DNA of 64,000 bases from Butyricicoccus pullicaecorum. Lineage in GTDB: Bacteria > Bacillota > Clostridia > Oscillospirales > Butyricicoccaceae. Shown piece by piece: positions 42,253-51,755 of this stretch (within the stretch, counting starts at the first letter, position 1; every line of letters starts with the position of its first letter). The stretch covers positions 16,481 to 80,480 of the forward strand of contig JAGZIN010000001.1 of NCBI GenBank assembly GCA_018366195.1, written 5' to 3'. The notes beneath the pieces were generated by a model that searched no databases, was not told the DNA's origin, and was given only the letters and a program-made list of their open reading frames with translations. The position numbers and the translations under genes were made by a program.

Positions 42253-43575
42253 TCATTTGTTTTTGGGAAGCGTCATGTTCAGCACGATTGCAACCAGCGT
42301 TGTAAGCACAACCGGAGAGGAGCCGAACACAGTCGTGACCCATGCGGGAAAACCGCCAAGGGCACCTTGTACCTGTGTGATTCCGGTGCCAATGGCAACC
42401 GCCAAACCAACCACTGCGCTGGAACGCATGGAAAAACCGTCCGAGGTAATCATACGGATTCCAGTCATTGTAATCGTTGCAAATACAGAAATGGTTGCAC
42501 CGCCAATGACACTTTGCGGAATGGTAGTCAGAATCGAAGAAAATTTGGGGACAAATCCGGCAATGGCAAGTACGATTGCGGCAAAAGCAAAGACCGAACG
42601 ATTGATGACACGATTGATGGTTACAATACCAACATTCTGGCTATAAGATGCAGTCGGCAGCCCCCCAAAGAGTGCACCAACAACACTTATGACACCTTGT
42701 CCGATAATCCCGCCGGAAAGTTCTCTGTCTGTGGGGATACGGTCCATACCGCCCATGGTTGTGGAGCTGAGGTCGCCGATGGTTTGTACAGCGTTTACGA
42801 GATAGACAATGGCGAGAGAGATGCAGGCGCTGATTTCAAATTTCAAGCCAAAGTGCATGGGAGCAGGGAAATTGAACCAGCCGGAGGAGCCAACAGCAGA
42901 GAAATCAACCATGCCAAGCGCAAATGCGACGATGTAACCAACAATCATACCAAAGAGAATGGCACCCAGTTTGAAAACACCCTTGCAAAAATGGCTGAGA
43001 ATGGTCACTACAATGAGTGTGATGATGGCAACCAGCCAATTTTTGGGGGAACCAAAGCTCTCTGAGCCGGCACCGCCCGCCATATACTTGATTGCAGTTG
43101 GATAAAGCGATAATCCAATGGTGAAAATAACGGTTCCGGTAATAAGCGGAGGAAAAAGCACACGAATCTGCTTGACAAAGATACCAAATAGAATGGCAAT
43201 GATGCCTCCAACAACTTCTGCACCCAAAATTGTAGGGAGGTCAAATTGTCCGCCAATGGCTAACAGGGTCGGCACATAGGCGAAGCTGATGCCCATGATG
43301 ACAGGCAAGCGGGAGCCAATGCGTCCGAATATTGGAAATAGCTGCAAAAGCGTGGCGAGTGCTGTGACAAGGAGAGAGACTTGAATGAAAAGGGTACGGT
43401 CATTGCCTTGGATATTACAGGTATTGGCAACCAGAATAGATGGAGTTACAATCCCGACAATTGCAGCAACGACGTGCTGTAATCCCAATGGAATCATCTG
43501 TTTTGCTGCGGGAATCCCTTCATATTGAAAGAGAACCGTGGGGTCAATGGGTTTGGTTTTGCTCATAATAGCCAC
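42253..43575 (-). CDS. NCS2-family nucleobase:cation symporter (uracil/xanthine permease)
   Basis: 440 aa, about 12 transmembrane segments, with the NCS2 motifs. Confidence 0.9.
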   Translation of the reverse strand: MAIMSKTKPIDPTVLFQYEGIPAAKQMIPLGLQHVVAAIVGIVTPSILVANTCNIQGNDRTLFIQVSLLVTALATLLQLFPIFGRIGSRLPVIMGISFAYVPTLLAIGGQFDLPTILGAEVVGGIIAILFGIFVKQIRVLFPPLITGTVIFTIGLSLYPTAIKYMAGGAGSESFGSPKNWLVAIITLIVVTILSHFCKGVFKLGAILFGMIVGYIVAFALGMVDFSAVGSSGWFNFPAPMHFGLKFEISACISLAIVYLVNAVQTIGDLSSTTMGGMDRIPTDRELSGGIIGQGVISVVGALFGGLPTASYSQNVGIVTINRVINRSVFAFAAIVLAIAGFVPKFSSILTTIPQSVIGGATISVFATITMTGIRMITSDGFSMRSSAVVGLAVAIGTGITQVQGALGGFPAWVTTVFGSSPVVLTTLVAIVLNMTLPKNK

Positions 43576-43800
43576 CTCTTTACAAAAATTGTTTTCGATG
43601 TAAAAACGCTTACATCAATGTCAGATACATTAAATATACAAGAAAGTGCACAAGGTTACAAGAAAAACTGTGAATCCATCAAAGACTGTCCGATTCGATT
43701 CGAAGGAGTGATGAAAGGCGCAAAATGATGTTTTACGGTGAAATGATAGAGGATTTGTAAAATTATCTGATGTAATCTTGAAAAAAGCGACCTGCTTTTC

Positions 43801-43829
43801 TTGTGAAAAAGGTGCCTTTGTGGTAAAAT
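43801..43829 (+). promoter_or_regulatory. Sigma-A promoter with extended -10 for the Sel1-repeat gene
   Basis: TTGTGA, 17 nt spacer, TGgTAAAAT. Confidence 0.55.
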
Positions 43830-43877
43830 GATAAACAGAAGCGGATTTTGCTTTCCGCTATGAGGAGGACGAAAAAA

Positions 43878-46565
43878 ATGATATGGCCCTTTGGTAATTC
43901 GGAAGAAAGAAAACAAAAAAAACGCATGAAACAAGCCAAGGTGCTTTTTGAAGATGCGCTCGATGCAGTAGAAGCGCAGGCGTATGAGAAAGCGATTGAC
44001 CTGCTGGAGCAGGCAAAAGAATTGGGACATGAGGAGGCAGAAGCCAAAATTGCAGAAATTCGGGCAATGTTCGAGCCGGTGGAAGAAAAAGCCGCAGAGT
44101 CGGAATATTCACAGTATACATTGACGATTCCGGAAGAAGAGGCAAATGCGCTTTATGAAAAGGGGATTGCAGCACGTGAACGCGGGGATTATAGTACCGC
44201 TTTGCAGGCGTTGGGCGATGCGGCGAAGGGTGGACTGCCAGAAGCAATCTTTGAGTTTGGACAGCTGTTCTTTGCGGGAAAGGGAGTCGAGCGCTCCTTA
44301 CAACGCAGCTTTGATTGTGCCGTTTCTGCAGCAAAGCTGGGCTATCCCCGCGCAATGTTGTTCATTGCCACGCTGTATATCAAGGGTTTGGGATTTGAAC
44401 CCAATGGAGAAAAGGCAGCAGAATGGCTGCAAAAGGCAGCCGATTTGGGAGATGCTTCTGCACAGTTCAATCTGGCACTTCTTTACAGCAAGGGTGACTT
44501 GATTGCCCGTGATTTTGATAAGGCTTTGCCGCTGGCAAGGGCAGCCGCAGAGCAGGGACATGAAAAAGCGCAGCAGCTCATTGATAATTTGCAGGAGAGC
44601 GAACGCGATGAGTGGATGACACAGGGTGTGGAAGCCTATAAAAAGGGCGATTTTCAAAATGCCGCATTCCTGTTTCGGCAGGCAGCAGGTGCCGGTTCGG
44701 CAGCTGCCGCCTTTAATTTGGGCTTATGCTATGAAAACGGAGAAGGGGTTCGAAAGGATTACCAGAAGGCGCTGCGCTGGTATACCAAGGGGGCAGAGCT
44801 GGGACATGCACGTGCACAGTGCTCCGCAGGTGTGCTGTGTGAAAATGGCGGAGAAGGTGAATTTGAACCACGTCCAGAGCAGGCGTTTGACTGGTACCAA
44901 AAGTCCGCGCAGCAGGGCAATGCCCGTGCACAGCTTCTGCTTGCCTCTGCATATCGCCGTGGGTTCGGCTGTGAGCAGAATCCGGTGACAGCGGTACATT
45001 GGTACACGGCGGCAGCCGAGCAGGGCTATGCACAGGCACAGTATGAGCTGGGACTGTGGTATTTGGAACGTGCACGCGACCTCAATGCCGAAATGCAGTC
45101 CGAGATGCTGAGCCGTGCACGGACATGGCTGGAAAAGTCTGCTGAGCAGGGCGTAGAAACAGCGAGAAAGATGCTGGCTGATCTCATTCGTATGCAGGGC
45201 GGTGGAAAAGAGCGCTTTGTAGAAGCCGTGGAAGCCGAAAAGGCAGGCAATCACCAAAAGGCACGAGAGCTTTATGAGCAGTGTGCAGAGGAGGGCATTG
45301 CAGAGGCAACGGCGGCGCTGGGACAGTACTATGAAAAAGGTGAGGGAGATGTAGCTGTCGACCCTCAGAAGGCGGTTGAATGGTATACAAAGGCAGCTGA
45401 ACAGGGCAGTACCCGTGCCATGCTGTTTTTGGGTATGGCAAATGAAACCGGAATGTGCATGGAAAAGGATTTGCCAAAGGCAATTTCTTATTATAGAAAG
45501 GCGGCAGAGGCAGGCAACGCCCGCGCCATGATTCTTTTGGGTGTCGCCTACGAGGAAGGCAAGACCGTAGAAAAGAATATGGAAACCGCAATGGACTGGT
45601 ATCGCAGGGCGTATGAGCAGGGCGAAAATCAGGGCGCGATGTATCTGGGCATGGCTTACCGAGACGCAGAGGGCGACTTGGGAGATTTGGAGAAGGCAGA
45701 TGAGCTGCTGCGTCCTCTTGCAGAGGGCGGCAATGCCAATGCAATGCGCGAAATGGCGCTTTTGGAGTGGAGAAAAACGCAAGGTATGCGGGAGCCGGAA
45801 CCGGTAGTTGCTTGTCTGGAAAAGGCATGTCAGTGGGCAGATAAGGCAAAAGAAGCAGGAGATAAGCGAGCAGAAGCACTCCTCAAGACCTTGGAAACAC
45901 GCAGAGATACTGTGCGTGGTGCAACTCCCGAGGGGCTTTTGTATAGCGGTATGCGCTTGCTTGATGGTGATGGTGTGGAGCAGGACGAAAAGGCTGCCCT
46001 GCGCATGCTCGAAATTTCTGCAAACAGCGGCAACGGTGCAGCAGCAGGTGTGCTGGGACTTTGCTATGCAAAGGGCGAGCATGTACAGCAAGATGACGAA
46101 CAGGCACGCAAATGGTTCGAGCAGGGTGTTGCACATGAAAATCCGGAATCTATGATGAATCTTGCCTATATGTATGTAAATGGCATTGGAGGACAGACCG
46201 ATTTGAAACGGGCAGCTGAGTTGTATGAACAGGCTGCAAAGGCTGGTTTTGCGCCTGCCGGCTTCCATTTGGCACAGATGTATCACACGGGGCAGGGTGT
46301 ACAAAAGGATTTGACAAAGGAATTTGAGTGGGCACTCAAATCAGCTGAGGCGGGACATGTGCCGGCGCAGTATCATGTTGGTGCGCTTTACTGGAACGGA
46401 GAGGGCGTTGCACGCAATCTGGTAGAGGCGAAAAGCTGGATAATGCAGGCAGCTGAGGGTGGCTCACAGCCTGCAAAGGTGATGCTTTCTAAGATTGCAG
46501 AGCTGGAAGCAGAGAGAGACCGGAAGCAAAGAGAAGAAGCAGAGTCAGAAGACCCAGCTGAATAA
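43878..46565 (+). CDS. Sel1-like (SLR/TPR) repeat protein, about 25 tandem repeats, no signal peptide
   Basis: Has reiterated 36-aa units of the form A-x(2)-[WY]-x(3)-AAEQG-x-AxAQxxLG-xxY-xxG-GV-x-D. The RBS is GAGGAGGA. Confidence 0.85.
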   Translation: MIWPFGNSEERKQKKRMKQAKVLFEDALDAVEAQAYEKAIDLLEQAKELGHEEAEAKIAEIRAMFEPVEEKAAESEYSQYTLTIPEEEANALYEKGIAARERGDYSTALQALGDAAKGGLPEAIFEFGQLFFAGKGVERSLQRSFDCAVSAAKLGYPRAMLFIATLYIKGLGFEPNGEKAAEWLQKAADLGDASAQFNLALLYSKGDLIARDFDKALPLARAAAEQGHEKAQQLIDNLQESERDEWMTQGVEAYKKGDFQNAAFLFRQAAGAGSAAAAFNLGLCYENGEGVRKDYQKALRWYTKGAELGHARAQCSAGVLCENGGEGEFEPRPEQAFDWYQKSAQQGNARAQLLLASAYRRGFGCEQNPVTAVHWYTAAAEQGYAQAQYELGLWYLERARDLNAEMQSEMLSRARTWLEKSAEQGVETARKMLADLIRMQGGGKERFVEAVEAEKAGNHQKARELYEQCAEEGIAEATAALGQYYEKGEGDVAVDPQKAVEWYTKAAEQGSTRAMLFLGMANETGMCMEKDLPKAISYYRKAAEAGNARAMILLGVAYEEGKTVEKNMETAMDWYRRAYEQGENQGAMYLGMAYRDAEGDLGDLEKADELLRPLAEGGNANAMREMALLEWRKTQGMREPEPVVACLEKACQWADKAKEAGDKRAEALLKTLETRRDTVRGATPEGLLYSGMRLLDGDGVEQDEKAALRMLEISANSGNGAAAGVLGLCYAKGEHVQQDDEQARKWFEQGVAHENPESMMNLAYMYVNGIGGQTDLKRAAELYEQAAKAGFAPAGFHLAQMYHTGQGVQKDLTKEFEWALKSAEAGHVPAQYHVGALYWNGEGVARNLVEAKSWIMQAAEGGSQPAKVMLSKIAELEAERDRKQREEAESEDPAE

Positions 46566-46567
46566 GA

Positions 46568-46595
46568 AAAAATCCGCCGAAAGGCGGATTTTTTT
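46568..46595 (+). terminator. Rho-independent terminator
   Basis: AATCCGCC gaaa GGCGGATT followed by TTTTTTT. Confidence 0.85.
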
Positions 46596-46646
46596 CTTTT
46601 GGAAATGTAGTTTTTGTGCAATCAATTATCAAAGAGTAAACGGTAG

Positions 46647-46675
46647 TTGCTTTTCTTTGGTGAGAATGATACAAT
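46647..46675 (+). promoter_or_regulatory. Candidate sigma-A promoter for the ModE-like/selD operon
   Basis: TTGCTT, 17 nt spacer, TGaTACAAT. Confidence 0.45.
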
Positions 46676-46736
46676 GAAAAAATGTATAGGAGAATAAAAA
46701 CCGAAATTCTTATCAAGATACAGTGGAGATTACGGT

Positions 46737-47147
46737 ATGCTGCAAGATAGAATGATGGATACAAAATCTGATATGACAAAGTCAAACAGGACAACAGGGG
46801 GGAACAAGTCGATTGCGGTGCATACAACATTGCGCCTAACCTATGGAGAGGAAAAGGTATTTGGTCCCGGGCTTGCCCAGCTGTTGGAGGGAATTCTGGA
46901 GCATGGCTCTTTGCGCCGCAGTGCGGCGGAGATGAATATGAGTTACAATAAGGCTTGGAAAATTATAAAAAACAGCGAGGCACAGTGGGGACAGACGCTG
47001 ATTGAACGGAAAGTTGGCGGTGTACACGGCGGCGGTGCCGTTTTAACCGCCTTTGGTCAATCGATTTTGAAAAAATATCGCGCGTTTGAACAGCAGGCAG
47101 AAATTGCACTTTGTACGCTGGTGCAGGAATATTTTGGGGAGGTGTGA
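46737..47147 (+). CDS. ModE-N-terminal-like winged HTH regulator (no TOBE domains)
   Basis: The pattern LRRSAAEMNMSYNKAWKII...GGVHGGGAVLTAFGQSIL matches the ModE molybdate-regulator N-terminal domain. Confidence 0.65.
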   Translation: MLQDRMMDTKSDMTKSNRTTGGNKSIAVHTTLRLTYGEEKVFGPGLAQLLEGILEHGSLRRSAAEMNMSYNKAWKIIKNSEAQWGQTLIERKVGGVHGGGAVLTAFGQSILKKYRAFEQQAEIALCTLVQEYFGEV

Positions 47148-47150
47148 GTG

Positions 47151-48173
47151 ATGGAATCCATTCCGTTTTGTCGTGGCGGCGGCTGTACGGCAAAGCTTGG
47201 TCCAGCGGCATTGGAACGGGTGCTGTCGCACTTGCCGCGTCCAACCGATTCAAAGCTGTTGATTGGAACAGAATCCAGTGATGATGCTGCCGTGTATCAG
47301 CTGACAGAGGATTTGGCAATTGTACAGACCTTGGATTTTTTTCCACCCATGGTGGAGAACCCTTATATTTTTGGACAGATTGCGGCTGCCAATGCGCTGA
47401 GCGATGTTTATGCAATGGGAGGCAAGGTGAGAACGGCGCTCAATATTGTATGCTTTCCGGAGCAGATGGATTTGAATATTTTAGGGGAGATTTTGAAGGG
47501 CGGCAATGAAAAGGTCATGGAAGCAGGTGGGTCGCTCGTGGGCGGACACTCAATTGCAGATAGTGAGGTGAAATATGGGCTGTCTGTCACGGGGATTGTG
47601 AATCCAGCACACATACGTGCCAATCATACGGGGAAGGTTGGAGATGCTCTCGTTTTGACCAAACCCTTGGGGGTGGGGCTTGTGTGTACGGCGGCGCGTA
47701 TGGGGGCGGCTTCTGCACAGGCAATGGAGCTTGCGGTGCGTTCTATGGTGACGCTCAATCAAGCAGCGGCGGAACTCGCAGACCGGTATCCGGTACATGC
47801 CTGTACCGATGTGACCGGATTTGGACTTGTGGGGCATTTGCATGAAATGCTGCGCGCGGACTTGTCCGCACGAATCTATATGCACAGGCTGCCAAAAATT
47901 CCGGAAGCGCTCCTCTATGCGCAGGAATTTTATCTGACCGCGGCGGCACAACGAAACCGAAATTTTGCGCAGGGACGGATTCAGATGCGTGGACTGTCTT
48001 TTGCGGAAGAGGAACTCTTGTTTGACCCGCAGACCTCTGGTGGACTGCTCTTTGCCATAGATGCGGACTATGCAGATGAATTTGTAAAAGAGCTGGAAGC
48101 CGAGGGATTACCTTGTGCAAGGATTGGAGCACTGATTCCGCGCATGGCTGTGGAAATCATCGTAGATGCCTAA
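47151..48173 (+). CDS. selD: Selenide, water dikinase (selenophosphate synthetase), Cys-type
   Basis: Has the RGGGCTAK active-site loop with Cys (no in-frame TGA) and an AIR-synthase-like fold. Confidence 0.9.
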   Translation: MESIPFCRGGGCTAKLGPAALERVLSHLPRPTDSKLLIGTESSDDAAVYQLTEDLAIVQTLDFFPPMVENPYIFGQIAAANALSDVYAMGGKVRTALNIVCFPEQMDLNILGEILKGGNEKVMEAGGSLVGGHSIADSEVKYGLSVTGIVNPAHIRANHTGKVGDALVLTKPLGVGLVCTAARMGAASAQAMELAVRSMVTLNQAAAELADRYPVHACTDVTGFGLVGHLHEMLRADLSARIYMHRLPKIPEALLYAQEFYLTAAAQRNRNFAQGRIQMRGLSFAEEELLFDPQTSGGLLFAIDADYADEFVKELEAEGLPCARIGALIPRMAVEIIVDA

Positions 48174-48216
48174 AAATAGAGTATATTTGCTGGTAGAAGG
48201 AAATAAGGAGAATACA

Positions 48217-48864
48217 ATGGCAATAATTGTAGATGCACGTGGAAAGCTGTGTCCGGAGCCTATCATCGAGACGAAAAAAGCAATTCAGGAACAGGGTGTC
48301 CCTGTCATCACCATGGTGGATAATGAAATTGCAAGACAGAATGTGGAAAAAATGGCGCAGCAGATGGGGTTCTATGCGGAATCCAGTGAGATAGAAGGCG
48401 GATTTCGTATTTTGATTCAATCGGTCAGCAGCGATGTCTTGTCTGCTGTCATGGGGGACGCTGCAAAAGCACTGGAGCAGCATTTACCAGCGCTGGAGCC
48501 GGTCGCGTTTGCGCCGCAGAGTGCCATGGGAAAGACCGTTGTGGTTCTTTCCTCCAACTGCATGGGAACTGGAGATGATGCGTTGGGTGCAGCTCTGATG
48601 AAAGGATTTGTCTATGCGCTGACACAGCTTGATACCGCACCTGATACAGTTCTTCTGTATAATGGTGGTGCAAAGCTTTCTGCGGAGGGGGCAGACACCG
48701 TCGAAGACCTCAAGGTCTTGCAGGAAAATGGTGCGGAGATTTTAACCTGTGGAACCTGTCTGAGTCACTATGGGTTGACAGATGCGTTGGCAGTGGGCTC
48801 GGTCACCAATATGTATACCATTGCTGAGACTTTGATGGAGGCAGGGAAGGTGATTCGTCCATGA
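48217..48864 (+). CDS. yedF: YedF selenium-metabolism protein (TusA-like plus DsrE-like domains)
   Basis: Has the CPEP TusA motif. AAGGAG RBS. Confidence 0.75.
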   Translation: MAIIVDARGKLCPEPIIETKKAIQEQGVPVITMVDNEIARQNVEKMAQQMGFYAESSEIEGGFRILIQSVSSDVLSAVMGDAAKALEQHLPALEPVAFAPQSAMGKTVVVLSSNCMGTGDDALGAALMKGFVYALTQLDTAPDTVLLYNGGAKLSAEGADTVEDLKVLQENGAEILTCGTCLSHYGLTDALAVGSVTNMYTIAETLMEAGKVIRP

Positions 48865-49694
48865 TTCCATGGGTTGCAGTGCGCGGAGCAGGAGATTTGG
48901 CAACAGGGACGATTGTGCGTCTGGTCAATTGCGGCTTTCGTGTCCTTGCAATGGAGTGTGAGCAGCCATCTGCAATCCGCCGTCAGGTCGCTTTGTCCGA
49001 AGCAGTATATGATGGAACCGCTGTGGTGGAGGGAGTTGCCTGCCGCCGAATTTCTCAGGTGTCACAGGCAGATGCTGTCTGGCATAACGGGGAAGTCCCC
49101 TTGCTCGTAGATACGAAGGCAGCCTGTATTTCAGACCTTGCACCAGCGGTTGTGATAGATGCAATTTTGGCAAAGCGTAATTTGGGAACCTGTCGTGATA
49201 TGGCACCGATTACCATTGGGCTGGGTCCGGGATTTACGGCGGGACAAGATGTAGATGCCGTCATTGAAACCATGCGCGGACACAATTTGGGACGAGTTCT
49301 ATATACCGGAACGGCATTGCCCAATACTGGGATACCGGGGCTGATTGGCGGATATGGTGCAGAGCGTGTGATACATGCGCCGGCAGATGGTGCACTGCGA
49401 TGCGCACAAGAGGAAAATGGTATGCCGATTGAGATTGGCAGCACGGTACAGCGCGGACAAATCATTGCCTATGTGGGAGATACCCCAATTGCTGCAACCT
49501 TGGACGGCGTTCTGCGCGGACTCATTCGTACCGGTTATCCGGTGACAAAAGGGCTGAAAATCGCAGACATTGACCCAAGAATCGAGCAAAAGAAAAACTG
49601 TAACACAATATCAGATAAGGCACGCAGTATTGCGGGCGGTGTAGTTGAAGCCATGCTATGGCTTGCAAAGCAAAGGGGGCTCACGCTATCGTGA
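48861..49694 (+). CDS. yqeB: Selenium-dependent molybdenum hydroxylase system protein, YqeB family
   Basis: The size and the context between yedF and the csd-like gene fit YqeB. I assigned the family from memory of the TIGR03309-type pattern. Confidence 0.6.
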   Translation: MIPWVAVRGAGDLATGTIVRLVNCGFRVLAMECEQPSAIRRQVALSEAVYDGTAVVEGVACRRISQVSQADAVWHNGEVPLLVDTKAACISDLAPAVVIDAILAKRNLGTCRDMAPITIGLGPGFTAGQDVDAVIETMRGHNLGRVLYTGTALPNTGIPGLIGGYGAERVIHAPADGALRCAQEENGMPIEIGSTVQRGQIIAYVGDTPIAATLDGVLRGLIRTGYPVTKGLKIADIDPRIEQKKNCNTISDKARSIAGGVVEAMLWLAKQRGLTLS

Positions 49695-50821
49695 TTTATT
49701 TTGATGCAGCAGCGACTTCTTTTTTGAAGCCGGATACCGTACAGTCAGCGATGAAAGAAGCGCTTGAGACAATGAGTTCAGTTGGACGTGGGGCATATCC
49801 GCCGGCGCTTGCAGCGGCGCGTACCGTTCTGCACTGTCGGGAGCAGCTTGCAAATTTATTTGGATTATCTGACCCTGCACGGGTTTGCTTTACACAGAAT
49901 GCCACAGAAGCACTCAACACAGCAATTTTTGGTTTGCTCAATCCGGAAGACCATATTATTACAACAGCAATGGAACATAATTCGGTGCTGCGTCCGCTCT
50001 ACTATCTGGAGGAAATGGGAGCACAGCTCACAATTTTGCCGACCGATGCACAGGGAGGAATTGACCTGCGCGATTTTGAAACCGCATTGCGTCCCAATAC
50101 CAAAGCGGTTGTCTGTACCCATGCGTCCAATGTGACTGGAAATGTGCTGGATTTGGAGCGGATTGGTGCCTTTTGCCGCGGACACGGACTGTTATTTGTG
50201 GTAGATGCTGCCCAGTCGGCAGGTACGCTGGAAATTGATATGGTATGGCAGGGGATTTCGGTTCTGTGCTTCAGCGGACACAAGGGATTGTTTGGACCGC
50301 AAGGAACAGGCGGGCTTTGTGTGGCACCAGAGGTGTTTGTCCGTCCGCTCAAGGTGGGAGGCAGTGGAATCGACAGCTTTGACAGATATCAGCCGTTTGA
50401 ATATCCGGAAGCTTTGGAAGCAGGCACACTCAACGTGCATGGCATCGCAGGTTTATCTGCGGGATTGGAGTTTATTCATCGTGTTGGATTGTATGCGATT
50501 CATGAGCGGGAGAATATGCTGGCGCAGCGGTTTTATACAGGGATTTCAGGATTGTCTGGCGTGACGATTTATGGAGATTGGAATACGCCACTTCGTACCG
50601 CAATTGTCGCCATGAATATAGAGGGAGAGGACGCTGACGTGGTGTCAGATGTGCTTGCCGAGCGGTATGGAATCTGCACGCGGGCGGGTGCGCATTGTGC
50701 CCCTCTGATGCACGATGCGCTGGGTACCGATAGCTTAGTACGCTTTTCGTTCTCTTATTTCAACACAGAAGACGAAGTGGATACCGCCATTGGTGCGGTG
50801 CGGGAGCTGGCGGGAGCATAA
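49692..50821 (+). CDS. Class V aminotransferase, cysteine desulfurase/selenocysteine-lyase-like
   Basis: Has MIYFDAAATSF and the PLP-Lys SGHKGLFGPQG motif. The GTG start overlaps the yqeB stop. Confidence 0.8.
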
Positions 50822-50825
50822 TGTC

Positions 50826-51065
50826 ATGCTGAGAAAGAAGGAAGCGCGTGTTGTCATCACGTTTCGTACAACGACCGCAGCCATGCAAACCGAAGCCTTA
50901 GCGCAGGAAAGGAAGCTGTCCGGACGGCTGATTCCTGTACCGCGTGAAATCACGGCGGGCTGTGGACTGGCGTGGAGTGCACCGCCAGAGCAGAGAGCCG
51001 ATTGGCAAAGGCTGCTTATGCAGAAGGGAATTGCCGTACAGGATATCTATGAGCTTGTCATTTAA
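50826..51065 (+). CDS. DUF3343 domain protein (putative Se/S carrier)
   Basis: 79 aa with ITF.TT.AM and LIPVPREITAGCGLAW motifs. Confidence 0.65.
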   Translation: MLRKKEARVVITFRTTTAAMQTEALAQERKLSGRLIPVPREITAGCGLAWSAPPEQRADWQRLLMQKGIAVQDIYELVI

Positions 51066-51096
51066 GGATTCTGAAGCAGTGAGGGGGAGGCGCTTG

Positions 51097-51663
51097 ATGA
51101 CAGCGATTGTGATGGCGGCAGGGCTGTCAACTCGTATGGGTGCCGACAAGCTGACCTTGCCTTTGGAGGGAAAACCCGTCTTTGTGCATATCCTGTCCCG
51201 TGTCTGTGCGCTCCCCTTTGCAGAACGGTTGGTTGTAACCAATCAGGCGCAAATTGCGCAGTATGCGGTGCAGCATGGATTTCGGGTGGTTCCATCGCCG
51301 AATGCTGCGTTGGGGATGGGATATTCGGTGGCAGCGGGTGCGCGGGCTGTGCGTGCAGATGTGCAGGGAATCATGTTTTTGAATGCAGACCAGCCCTTTA
51401 TCTCCCGGGAAATGATAGAAAATCTATGGAGTCTGTTCTTAGAAAAGAATCAAATCATGGTTCCCTATGTCAAAGAAAAGCCAAGCAGTCCTTGTATTTT
51501 CCCGATTCGATTCCGTCAGGAGCTGGAAGCGTTGACTGGAGAACAGGGAGGAAAGCAGGTGTATCGGAAGCATTTGGACGAAACCTGCTTTGTCCCACAA
51601 CAAAGTGCAGAGTTGTTTGCGGATTTGGATTGTCCGTCAGATTATCTTCCCTACCAACAATAA
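51097..51663 (+). CDS. MocA/YgfJ-like nucleotidyltransferase (molybdenum cofactor cytidylyltransferase family)
   Basis: Has the MAAGLSTRMG..DK NTP-transferase motif. Confidence 0.7.
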   Translation: MTAIVMAAGLSTRMGADKLTLPLEGKPVFVHILSRVCALPFAERLVVTNQAQIAQYAVQHGFRVVPSPNAALGMGYSVAAGARAVRADVQGIMFLNADQPFISREMIENLWSLFLEKNQIMVPYVKEKPSSPCIFPIRFRQELEALTGEQGGKQVYRKHLDETCFVPQQSAELFADLDCPSDYLPYQQ

Positions 51664-51690
51664 AAAAGGACGCTTTGGCGTCCTTTTTTT
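51663..51690. terminator. Bidirectional terminator
   Basis: AAAAAAGGACGC tttg GCGTCCTTTTTTT. Confidence 0.85.
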
Positions 51691-51755
51691 GAGGTTATGA
51701 AGGAAAGTGCTGGGTACAGATATCTGTTCCGGTACGAATGTTGCAAAAGAGCTGA

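Noticed and set aside
43576-43760. Purine riboswitch upstream of the NCS2 permease
   Set aside because: The leader lacks the conserved UAUA...GGAUAUGGCCC...GUUUCUACC...CCGUAAAU core. It has only a CACCGUAAAAC fragment, so I am not calling a known riboswitch. It is kept as an unexplained structured leader in the findings.
44724-46304. 526-aa minus-strand ORF antisense to the Sel1-repeat gene (and other long antisense ORFs such as 8467-9156 and 5250-6026)
   Set aside because: The sense strands carry strongly recognisable proteins (Sel1 repeats, UvrA, UvrB) with an RBS and a terminator. The antisense ORFs are by-products of GC-rich codon bias and have no start-site support.
47151-47300. Selenocysteine (in-frame TGA) in SelD
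   Set aside because: The active-site position is encoded as Cys (GGGCTAK) with no internal TGA, and there is no SECIS-like element. It is a Cys-type SelD.
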